Origin: an uncultured Candidatus Cloacimonas sp.
Lineage (GTDB): Bacteria; Cloacimonadota; Cloacimonadia; Cloacimonadales; Cloacimonadaceae
Length of the DNA stretch: 29,238 nucleotides
Assembly (NCBI GenBank): GCA_964588075.1
Contig: CAZPNU010000027.1
Location: 1-29,238 of the forward strand
Direction: 5' to 3'
The position numbers and the translations under genes were made by a program. Below the pieces are notes generated by a model. That model ran no database searches. It worked only from the letters and a program-made list of their open reading frames with translations, and was not told where the DNA came from. This document shows, piece by piece, positions 1-7,518 of the stretch. The stretch's first letter is position 1. Each line of letters begins with the position of its first letter.

Positions 1-69
1 GCACGAAGAAAACCAACTTATAATACCTTGTTTGAAAAACGGGGGGATGTGAGATGCAGCAGATATAGC

Positions 70-97
70 TTGACAACATCAACATCATTACTATAAT
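70..97 (+). promoter_or_regulatory. sigma70-like promoter for the 121..2790 gene
   Basis: TTGACA at 70-75, a 16-nt spacer, then TATAAT at 92-97. GGAGG at 112-116 lies 4 nt before the ATG at 121. Confidence 0.55.
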
Positions 98-120
98 GCC
101 ATATATTCAATGGAGGTAAT

Positions 121-2790
121 ATGAAAACACTTGTTGGTTTTATTGTATTTTTTTGTGCTGTACACCTTAGTGCCACAGTAAGGTTGGTTCCCCAAGAATA
201 CACAAGTATCCAAAATGCCATAGTCGCTTCTGCAAATGGGGATCAGATTCGGGTTAGTGACGGTACTTACAATGAGAATATCGATTTTATCGGTAAGGCT
301 GTCACCGTTAGTTCTCTGTACAACGTGGATCATAATCCATCTCATATCAGCGCTACAATTATCAATGGTACAGGTACCGGTAGTGTAGTTAGCATAATAT
401 CGGGAGAGGATTCCACCTCAGTGTTATCAGGCTTCACTATTCGTAATGGTAATTATATCCTTGGCGGGGGAGTATCTATCAGGAATTCCTCGCCCAAGCT
501 GATGAATCTGGTGATCCATAGTAACATCGGCACGCAGGCAGCAGGTGTGTTTGTAAGCAATTCCAGCTCTCGGCTAATAAACTTAACGGTCTGCGATAAT
601 GAGGGATATGGAATTAAATTTGCCGGCAGCAGCAATGCTGAACTTAGCAGCAGCATTGTATATTTTAACACTTCAGGCATCAGTCTTAACAGTCTCTCCA
701 CCCTAAACTATTCTAATGTACAGGAGATTGAAGAGACCCAAACGAACATCAGCATAAACCCTATGTTCCAAAATCACAGCCTTCACAACTATGCTCTTGC
801 AGCGGGATCTCCCTGCATAAACGGAGGTTCACCTTTCCTGCCCGCAGAAGCCGATGGAAGTCAGGCAGAGATGGGTGCCATATACTTTGCTAATAGTTTA
901 CCCTCACTTTACGTGGATTTCTCCGCTTCAGAAACAACATTGTTTTCTGATATTTCTGTGTCAGTTGCTTTTACCCCTGTTTTGTACGCTTTCAATTGCA
1001 CGATATCTTCCCAAACATGGTCTTTTGGTAATGGCTCTACCTCAAACCTGCTTTACCCCTCAGTGTTATATGAGCCGGGAGGGTATTACTCCGTTTCCCT
1101 TACTGCTTTTACGAATAATGGAGCTATCGTGACGAAAGTAAAAGAGAGATATATCACTTTTTACAACTTACTTGCCGGAGGAGAGCTTAGCGGGATACTG
1201 TCTCTTGATGGCTCACCATATTACGTAAGTGAAGATGTGGTTATTACTTCTACATTAGATGTGAGCCCGGGAGTGGAGATTTATCTAAACAATTCACCGG
1301 ATAATAGAGCTTATATATTAGTACAAGGAGTGCTAAATGCCATTGGTGACGCAGAAAATCAGATAACTATAGCTCCCCTTGCTAATGATGGATATGCAGG
1401 TTCGATAATTGTACAATCCGGCGATGTCACGTTTAGTTACTGTAACCTATCGAGATTGAGAAACGTCTATGTCTCAGATGATTCCGAAGCAGATTTATTA
1501 AACTGCAATTTGAGCGGATTTCTGAACTATGGGGTGTTTTCCACCGGAAACGATTTAAGGATTAGCAATTGTACCATTACAAATTGTGGATCAAGCTCGA
1601 TAGCTACTATTAACACCAATGCACTAATAACAGAGACAAGATTTGTGGGCAATGGTGGAAATAGTATCTACATTATGGACAGTGAACAAGCCCAGAATGG
1701 ATATCTGGTGAGCGTTAATAACTGCATTGTGATAAATGGCTCTCCCACCACATACCCGGCAATCTATGTGGGTATGAACGCCAATGCCATCATAACGGAA
1801 AACCAAATATCGAATGGGGCGGCAGGCATCTCTCTAAATGGTGCAGACCATGTGGTTATAAACAACAATCTTATCTACAACAACAGAAATTCCGGTATCT
1901 GGACGGAATTCATAGGACAGGCGGATATCTTTAACAACACCCTACACCACAACACCTGGGGCATCTATTGCGATGCGACATATAACAGTCCTATATCGTT
2001 GCAAGGAAATCTGATATACAATCACTTTCAGGATGGTATCTGTTTAGTGAACTCATCTCCCCTAATCAGTAACAACACAATCGTTTACAATAGTACGAAT
2101 GCAAGCGCAAATTCTGCCGGAATTTGGTGGAGAGAAACGTGTCAGCCTATCGTTGTTAACAACATACTATATGGCAATTTGGCAGACTTGGACGCAAATG
2201 AGATTACTGCCGGAGAAACCCCAACGGTATTATACAACATCACAGAGCACCCATTACACACCTCGCTGGTTGATGGAGGAAGCAACATTGTGGGTAATCC
2301 GGGTTTTATCAGCAGCACTGATTTTCGCCTTGGTGCCGGTTCTCCGGCAATAGACACAGGCAATCCCAATCCGGTGTATTCAGATTTGTTGGAGTATGAT
2401 ATTCGTGGCTTATCACGGATTATTGATGGTGACGAGAATGGTTCATCGGTAATCGATAGAGGTTGTTACGAATATAGCCCCGGCAATGGGATACACGATG
2501 ATGCTCTTGTGCCGGGTGTTATTGAGCTTAGCCTCTACCCCAATCCCATGAGAACCCAGCTTTATATAAACTATCGCAACCAGGATAAACATGACCTTAG
2601 CCAAATCTACATTTATAACCTGAAGGGACAGTTGGTGAGAACCCTTTGCCCCTCCCGGCAAGAACTTGAAACAACTTTGATATGGGACGGTAAGGATAAC
2701 AAGGGAAGGGATATGGCTGCGGGAGTATATATTATCCGGGCAAAAGGCAAGGATTGCATAGCAGTTAAGAAGATAACCATGCTGAGGTGA
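121..2790 (+). CDS. Secreted right-handed beta-helix (PbH1) repeat protein with a PKD-like domain and a T9SS/FlgD-Ig-type C-terminal sorting domain
   Basis: N-terminal signal peptide (MKTLVGFIVFFCAVHLSA). Many N/G/S/I-rich repeats of about 22 aa (e.g. NNLIYNN, NNTIVYN, GIWC/GIY). PKD-like block WSFGNGSTS...YEPGGYYSVSLTAFTNNG. C-terminus LYPNPMRTQLYINY...IYNLKGQLVRTL...WDGKDNKGRDMAAGVYIIRAKG. Confidence 0.8.
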   Translation: MKTLVGFIVFFCAVHLSATVRLVPQEYTSIQNAIVASANGDQIRVSDGTYNENIDFIGKAVTVSSLYNVDHNPSHISATIINGTGTGSVVSIISGEDSTSVLSGFTIRNGNYILGGGVSIRNSSPKLMNLVIHSNIGTQAAGVFVSNSSSRLINLTVCDNEGYGIKFAGSSNAELSSSIVYFNTSGISLNSLSTLNYSNVQEIEETQTNISINPMFQNHSLHNYALAAGSPCINGGSPFLPAEADGSQAEMGAIYFANSLPSLYVDFSASETTLFSDISVSVAFTPVLYAFNCTISSQTWSFGNGSTSNLLYPSVLYEPGGYYSVSLTAFTNNGAIVTKVKERYITFYNLLAGGELSGILSLDGSPYYVSEDVVITSTLDVSPGVEIYLNNSPDNRAYILVQGVLNAIGDAENQITIAPLANDGYAGSIIVQSGDVTFSYCNLSRLRNVYVSDDSEADLLNCNLSGFLNYGVFSTGNDLRISNCTITNCGSSSIATINTNALITETRFVGNGGNSIYIMDSEQAQNGYLVSVNNCIVINGSPTTYPAIYVGMNANAIITENQISNGAAGISLNGADHVVINNNLIYNNRNSGIWTEFIGQADIFNNTLHHNTWGIYCDATYNSPISLQGNLIYNHFQDGICLVNSSPLISNNTIVYNSTNASANSAGIWWRETCQPIVVNNILYGNLADLDANEITAGETPTVLYNITEHPLHTSLVDGGSNIVGNPGFISSTDFRLGAGSPAIDTGNPNPVYSDLLEYDIRGLSRIIDGDENGSSVIDRGCYEYSPGNGIHDDALVPGVIELSLYPNPMRTQLYINYRNQDKHDLSQIYIYNLKGQLVRTLCPSRQELETTLIWDGKDNKGRDMAAGVYIIRAKGKDCIAVKKITMLR

Positions 2791-2923
2791 TACTCCGAAG
2801 ACAACTATAAGCTGAAAGTAGATAAGGCAATTGCGTAGCAATGGTGGATTAGTGTGCTCAGGAACCTCATAATGTAAATTGAGAACATACCGTGAGAGCT
2901 TGTGCCTAATGCAGCTTCGTATC

Positions 2924-3052
2924 GGGGTGGTGACGTCCTCGTCGCCACAATAACCTCTGCCGCTTCCTACTGGAGTGGTGACGTCCCCGTCGCCACAATA
3001 ACCTCTGCCGCTTCCTACTGGGGTGGTGACGTCCCCGTCGCCACATAAACCT
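2924..3052. repeat. 48-bp tandem repeat, about 2.7 copies, each unit carrying a 9-bp-stem hairpin
   Basis: Units lie at 2924-2971, 2972-3019 (46/48 identical) and a partial unit at 3020-3052. Each contains GTGGTGACG-TCCC-CGTCGCCAC, with one G-T wobble in the stem. A degenerate partial unit precedes the array at 2911-2923. Confidence 0.9.
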
Positions 3053-3062
3053 ATCTAAGCAT

Positions 3063-3084
3063 ATGCAGCAGATATAGCTTGACA
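3063..3084 (+). promoter_or_regulatory. 22-nt motif identical to 54-75, ending in a TTGACA -35 box; putative promoter of the 3149 gene
   Basis: ATGCAGCAGATATAGCTTGACA occurs at 3063-3084 and is 22/22 identical to 54-75. The only -10 candidate at 16-nt spacing is the weak CAAAAT (3101-3106). AAGGAG at 3138-3143 precedes the ATG at 3149. Confidence 0.35.
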
Positions 3085-3148
3085 GCGTAATGTAAATAAA
3101 CAAAATGAAACTTTACAGAAAATTCTGGAAACACTATAAGGAGACCGC

Positions 3149-3913
3149 ATGAAAAAAAGCGCTATTATTTTGGCGGCGATGCTGCTACTATTTACCTTGG
3201 GAAGCTGTAAGCACGAGGAAGGCGATGCCCCCAACTATGTTTTCCCTTTGCAGATAGGCAATAGCTGGGAGATGATTCAAACATTTTCCGCACCTGAAAC
3301 AGTAGATATGGAGGACGGAGTATATAGAGACACTATGATGATATGGGTGGATTCTGCAGCATACTCTCCCGATAGCGAGGTGTTTATGAAGGTTAAATAT
3401 ACATACGCCAGTATGCCTGATGGTATCGGGTGCGAATACCTGGTAAACAGGTCGGATGGGCTATATCTGCTTGGGTGGGAGAGCATTATAGGTAGTACTC
3501 CCTTCAAAATCGGCAACCGAGAGCTACATTCCGGGCTTTTTAACCGCTTTATAGAGCATGATGATTCCAAGGCAATTGTATGGCTGGAAACCCCTCAACT
3601 CTTGATTCCAAAGGATTGTTCCGAAGGTAAAACCTGGGACAATCCGGGATCTCATGATAATCTACCGAGCACATGTTCCATCTTAGCCCCATGCAATGTG
3701 GAAACCGATTGCGGGACTTTCGCCTGCATCACCCGCAAGACAGTGGTGTTTCTTGACGATTTTAGCTGGAGTTATTACAACTATTATTGCGCCAAAGGCT
3801 TTGCAAAGTTCCGCTTCGATTTCACAACCGAGATGTTTGACGAAGACGGAAACTACCTTGGCACCTTTGATGGTTACGAGCAGTTGCTGCTGAATGATTG
3901 CGAGCTGAACTGA
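3149..3913 (+). CDS. Hypothetical lipoprotein
   Basis: Signal peptide with lipobox (LLLFTLGSC), a strong RBS, and no recognisable catalytic motif. Confidence 0.7.
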   Translation: MKKSAIILAAMLLLFTLGSCKHEEGDAPNYVFPLQIGNSWEMIQTFSAPETVDMEDGVYRDTMMIWVDSAAYSPDSEVFMKVKYTYASMPDGIGCEYLVNRSDGLYLLGWESIIGSTPFKIGNRELHSGLFNRFIEHDDSKAIVWLETPQLLIPKDCSEGKTWDNPGSHDNLPSTCSILAPCNVETDCGTFACITRKTVVFLDDFSWSYYNYYCAKGFAKFRFDFTTEMFDEDGNYLGTFDGYEQLLLNDCELN

Positions 3914-4048
3914 GCTTGCTCTAAGGTGGGTGTGGCAGTTGGGTGCCGTTAAACACAAATTCTCTTGACAAATGATTGCTATTTAAAGCCATACTTTTTT
4001 TCGGCAAAAAGGGATGCTATGTTTTGCCCCTGTTCAGAGAATTGTTAG

Positions 4049-4077
4049 TTGACAAATAAGCTGATTTTCTGCATTTA
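4049..4077 (+). promoter_or_regulatory. Candidate promoter for the defence-type operon
   Basis: TTGACA at 4049-4054, a 17-nt spacer, then CATTTA at 4072-4077. It sits about 70 nt upstream of the TTG start at 4147. The -10 is weak. Confidence 0.25.
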
Positions 4078-4146
4078 GCTTTCAGTCGTAGAAGGAAGCT
4101 TAGGAACCGCAAGGAAGGTTAGCTTAAGTCCAAAGGGGATTGTGTA

Positions 4147-7050
4147 TTGAACAAGATTGCTCCTATAACGGATTATCATGCAAAATACTATGCACTAGAG
4201 CTTAGCAGAAAGAGTGGTGCAGGTGTAGAAAGGGTTGGAAGAGCTTTGTTTGATGCCTGTGTTGACCTAAACCCCCATCAGATTGAAGCATCATTATTTA
4301 GCTTACGCTCTCCCATATCCAAAGGGGTTCTATTGGCTGATGAAGTTGGACTGGGGAAAACCATTGAAGCTGGCTTGACTATCTGTCAGTATTGGGCAGA
4401 GAAAAAGCGCAGAATCCTGATCATTTGCCCAGCATCCCTGAGAAAACAATGGGCTTTGGAACTTCAAGAAAAATTTAATCTCCCTGTGCAGGTGTTAGAT
4501 GCCAAAACTGCCAAAGACCTGGTGAAGAAAGGTCACGACAATCCTTTCGATACAAAGCATATAGTAATAGTTTCTATGCATTATGCTGGGCAGAACGCAG
4601 GATCAATCAAGCTGCTCCCCTGGGATTTAGTGGTAATTGATGAAGCCCACAAGCTGCGTAATGCTTACAGGCAAAGCAATAAACTGGGGCAAGAGATCAG
4701 GCGGGCAACCGAAGGAATCAAGAAGATACTGCTTACTGCCACTCCTCTGCAAAACTCTCTTACAGAGCTATACGGCCTCTCCACTCTGATTGATGAAAAC
4801 CTGTTTGGTGATTTACCTTCTTTCCGCAGCCAATACATGAATTCCGGTGGTAGCCTAAGCGATTTGAAAGAACGCTTACAGACCTTTTGTTGGAGAACCC
4901 TTCGCAGCCAAGTATTGGAATATGTAAAGTTTACAGAACGCAGACCCATCACCCGTCCTTTCACTCCTACCCAGCAAGAACATGATTTGTATATGGGTGT
5001 TTCTGAGTTCCTGAAAACAGAGGATAACTATGCCCTCCCACAAGGTCAGAAGCATCTGCTTATCCTACTGGTTCGCAAAGTACTGGCTTCATCACCTCAT
5101 GCTGTGGCAGGTACTCTGGAGATTATCAGAGACCGCTTAGTTAAACTGAGACAAAACTACCACAAGCAGCAAAGTGCCTTACAACAATTGATTATTGACG
5201 ACTACATCGATGATGACTTGTTAGATGAGCTTTTAGAAGATCAGGAAGACCTCGAAACTGAGACTGAGCCAGCTCCTTCACCTGAAGCAGATCAGCCTAA
5301 GAAACTCGACTTAACCAAATTAGACGCTGAAATAAAAGCCTTGAATGGCTACATAGACAATGCCAGAAGCTTCGGAGTGGATTCCAAGTCCAAAGCATTA
5401 CTTACTGCTTTAGATATAGGCTTTTCCCAAATGAAAAAAATGGGAGCAGCCCGCAAAGCAGTTGTATTCACAGAATCCAGACGCACCCAAGCCTGGCTCA
5501 AGGATTATCTGGAAATGAATGGCTATGCCGGAGAAGTGCTGACCTTCAATGGTTCCAATAAGGACGATGCTACAGGACAAATCTATGCTGAGTGGTTAGC
5601 AGAAAATCAAGCCAATGGCAGATCATCAGGTTCCAAACAGGTTGATTTACGCACAGCAATCATTGAACGCTTCAGAGATCAATCCAGCATCCTGATTGCC
5701 ACAGAAGCTGGTGCTGAAGGCTTAAACCTCCAATTCTGCTCCATGGTGATCAATTATGACCTACCTTGGAATCCACAGCGCATAGAGCAGAGGATTGGTC
5801 GCTGTCACCGTTACGGACAGAAGCACGATGTAGTGGTGATCAATTTCCTCAATGAACGTAATGAAGCAGACCAAAGAGTATATACAATCCTCTCAGAGAA
5901 GTTTCACTTATTCTCCGGTGTTTTTGGTGCTTCTGATGATGTTCTCGGCTCACTGGAATCAGGAGTTGATTTCGAACGGAAGGTGCTGGAGATTTATCAG
6001 CAATGCCGTACCGCGGAGGAAATTGCCACAGCTTTTAATAAACTTCAGAAAGAGCTGGAAGAGACGATCCAAACCCGCATGAAAGATACTCGCCGTAAGC
6101 TCTTGGAGCATTTTGATGAGGATGTTCATGAACGCCTCAAAGCAAACCATACCGATGCTGTAGAAGCCCTGGACAAGATAGGAAAGCTCTTCTGGCATTT
6201 AACGATGCACATCTTGAACAAGGAAGCATCCTTTGAAGAGAAAACCCATACATTCAGGCTAAAGAAAGCTCCCTGCAAAGGCAGCCGTCCGGGTACCTAT
6301 CGTCTGATCTCCAAAGACAGCGATAACTTCGGGAAAGAATTCCTATATCGGATGAGTCATCCCTTGGGTGAATACGTGCTGGAGCAAGGCAAAAAGAAAA
6401 CATGCCCTCCCGTAGAAGTGGTTTTTGACATCACCAAACACCCCACTCGAATTACTCTAATCGAACAATTGAAAGGGAATTGCGGATGGTTAAGGCTTGA
6501 TCTTCTTACCGTAAACTCTCTGGATACAGAGGAGTATCTGCTGTTTACGGCACTGGATGACGCAGGCAATAGCCTTGACCAGGAGACCTGCGAAAAGCTG
6601 TTCTTATGTAATGGCTTCGTCTCAGATCAATCTCTTGATATAATGCCTGAAGAATTAAACCTGAAAGATAATGCGGAAAGGCACGTAGAGGCTATTTTAG
6701 CCAAGAACCTGGAAGAGAATAACAAGCACTTCACCGAAGCCCGTGAACAACTGGAGAAATGGGCAGATGACATGGTAAAATCTGTCGAACGGGAATTGGA
6801 TGATATCAAAAGGCAGATTCGGGAAAAGCAGAGACTTTGCCGTCAAAGTCCTACTTTGAAGGAACAGCACGATTTACAGGAAGATATAGCCAAGCTGGAA
6901 AAGAAGAAACGCAAATTGCGTGAGAAGATATTTGATACAGAAGACCAGATTGCCGAAAAAAGGGATAAGCTGATCGATGCCCTTTCACACAGGCTTAAAC
7001 AAAAGACGAAAACTACAACCCTCTTCACCATCCGGTGGAAAGTAGTGTGA
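4147..7050 (+). CDS. SNF2-family (SF2) helicase/translocase with a long C-terminal accessory region ending in a coiled coil
   Basis: Motif I DEVGLGKT (aa 65-72, nt 4339-4362). Motif II DEAH (aa 165-168, nt 4639-4650). Motif III LLLTATPLQNSL. Helicase-C motifs ATEAGAEGLNLQ and PWNPQRIEQRIGRCHRYGQK. TTG start with GGGGA upstream. Confidence 0.9.
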   Translation: MNKIAPITDYHAKYYALELSRKSGAGVERVGRALFDACVDLNPHQIEASLFSLRSPISKGVLLADEVGLGKTIEAGLTICQYWAEKKRRILIICPASLRKQWALELQEKFNLPVQVLDAKTAKDLVKKGHDNPFDTKHIVIVSMHYAGQNAGSIKLLPWDLVVIDEAHKLRNAYRQSNKLGQEIRRATEGIKKILLTATPLQNSLTELYGLSTLIDENLFGDLPSFRSQYMNSGGSLSDLKERLQTFCWRTLRSQVLEYVKFTERRPITRPFTPTQQEHDLYMGVSEFLKTEDNYALPQGQKHLLILLVRKVLASSPHAVAGTLEIIRDRLVKLRQNYHKQQSALQQLIIDDYIDDDLLDELLEDQEDLETETEPAPSPEADQPKKLDLTKLDAEIKALNGYIDNARSFGVDSKSKALLTALDIGFSQMKKMGAARKAVVFTESRRTQAWLKDYLEMNGYAGEVLTFNGSNKDDATGQIYAEWLAENQANGRSSGSKQVDLRTAIIERFRDQSSILIATEAGAEGLNLQFCSMVINYDLPWNPQRIEQRIGRCHRYGQKHDVVVINFLNERNEADQRVYTILSEKFHLFSGVFGASDDVLGSLESGVDFERKVLEIYQQCRTAEEIATAFNKLQKELEETIQTRMKDTRRKLLEHFDEDVHERLKANHTDAVEALDKIGKLFWHLTMHILNKEASFEEKTHTFRLKKAPCKGSRPGTYRLISKDSDNFGKEFLYRMSHPLGEYVLEQGKKKTCPPVEVVFDITKHPTRITLIEQLKGNCGWLRLDLLTVNSLDTEEYLLFTALDDAGNSLDQETCEKLFLCNGFVSDQSLDIMPEELNLKDNAERHVEAILAKNLEENNKHFTEAREQLEKWADDMVKSVERELDDIKRQIREKQRLCRQSPTLKEQHDLQEDIAKLEKKKRKLREKIFDTEDQIAEKRDKLIDALSHRLKQKTKTTTLFTIRWKVV

Positions 7051-7057
7051 TGATATC

Positions 7058-7077
7058 AACCACAAAAGACACGAAAG
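7058..7077. repeat. Left inverted-repeat arm (CACGAAA-type array) of the GxxExxY cassette
   Basis: AACCACAAAAGACACGAAAG matches the reverse complement of 7471-7500 at 19/20 aligned positions, with one 10-nt unit missing. Confidence 0.8.
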
Positions 7078-7092
7078 GGGGATTGATCAGTA

Positions 7093-7470
7093 ATGGGTGA
7101 GATTGTTTATCAGCAAGAATCTTACTTGATTACTGGAGCGATATTTGAAGTGTACAAGGAGTTAGGCTCTGGGTTTCTGGAGGCTGTTTATCAGGAATGC
7201 CTAAGTAGGGAGTTTGCCCGGAAGAATATCCCCTTTACAGCACAGCCGGAACTCACAATTTGGTATAAGGACGAACCGATAGAACAAAAATACAAACCCG
7301 ATTTCGTCTGTTTCGATAAGATTATTATTGAGCTAAAAGCTGTTACCGAACTGAGTCCAATCCATACAGCCCAAGTATTAAATTATCTTAGGATTACAAA
7401 GATTAGGTTAGGCTTATTGGTAAATTTCTGTGCTTATCCAAAAGTCAAGATAGAGAGAATTACATTATGA
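7093..7470 (+). CDS. GxxExxY-family small PD-(D/E)XK nuclease-fold protein
   Basis: 125 aa. It has the GFLEAVY (GxxExxY) motif and the PDFVCFDKIIIELKA (PD...ExK) motif, a typical size and layout for this family. Confidence 0.8.
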   Translation: MGEIVYQQESYLITGAIFEVYKELGSGFLEAVYQECLSREFARKNIPFTAQPELTIWYKDEPIEQKYKPDFVCFDKIIIELKAVTELSPIHTAQVLNYLRITKIRLGLLVNFCAYPKVKIERITL

Positions 7471-7500
7471 CTTTCGTGTCATTTCGTGCTTTTCGTGGTT
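7471..7500. repeat. Right inverted-repeat arm: three phased TTTCGTG units
   Basis: The sequence is CTTTCGTGTCATTTCGTGCTTTTCGTGGTT. TTTCGTG starts at 7472, 7482 and 7491 (10- and 9-nt spacing). It lies directly after the GxxExxY stop and 19 nt before the mod ATG (RBS AAGGAG 7507-7512). Confidence 0.85.
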
Positions 7501-7518
7501 ATAAATAAGGAGTATTGA

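Noticed and set aside
1-20. GCACGAAGAAAACCAAC at the window start as another CACGAAA-type arm
   Set aside because: There is only one loose unit and the window edge truncates it. The similarity to the 7058/7471/8378 arrays is too weak to call.
2924-3052. Possible CRISPR array (this 48-bp array and also the 32-bp array at 18284-18360)
   Set aside because: The units are directly adjacent with no unique spacers, there are only 2-3 copies, and no cas genes lie in the window.
2906-3103. Minus-strand 65-aa ORF encoding an Arg-rich repeat peptide (WRRGRHH.SRKRQRLL x3)
   Set aside because: It is simply the 48-bp (16-codon) tandem repeat read in an open frame. There is no RBS, and the peptide periodicity mirrors the DNA repeat. 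I treat it as non-coding.
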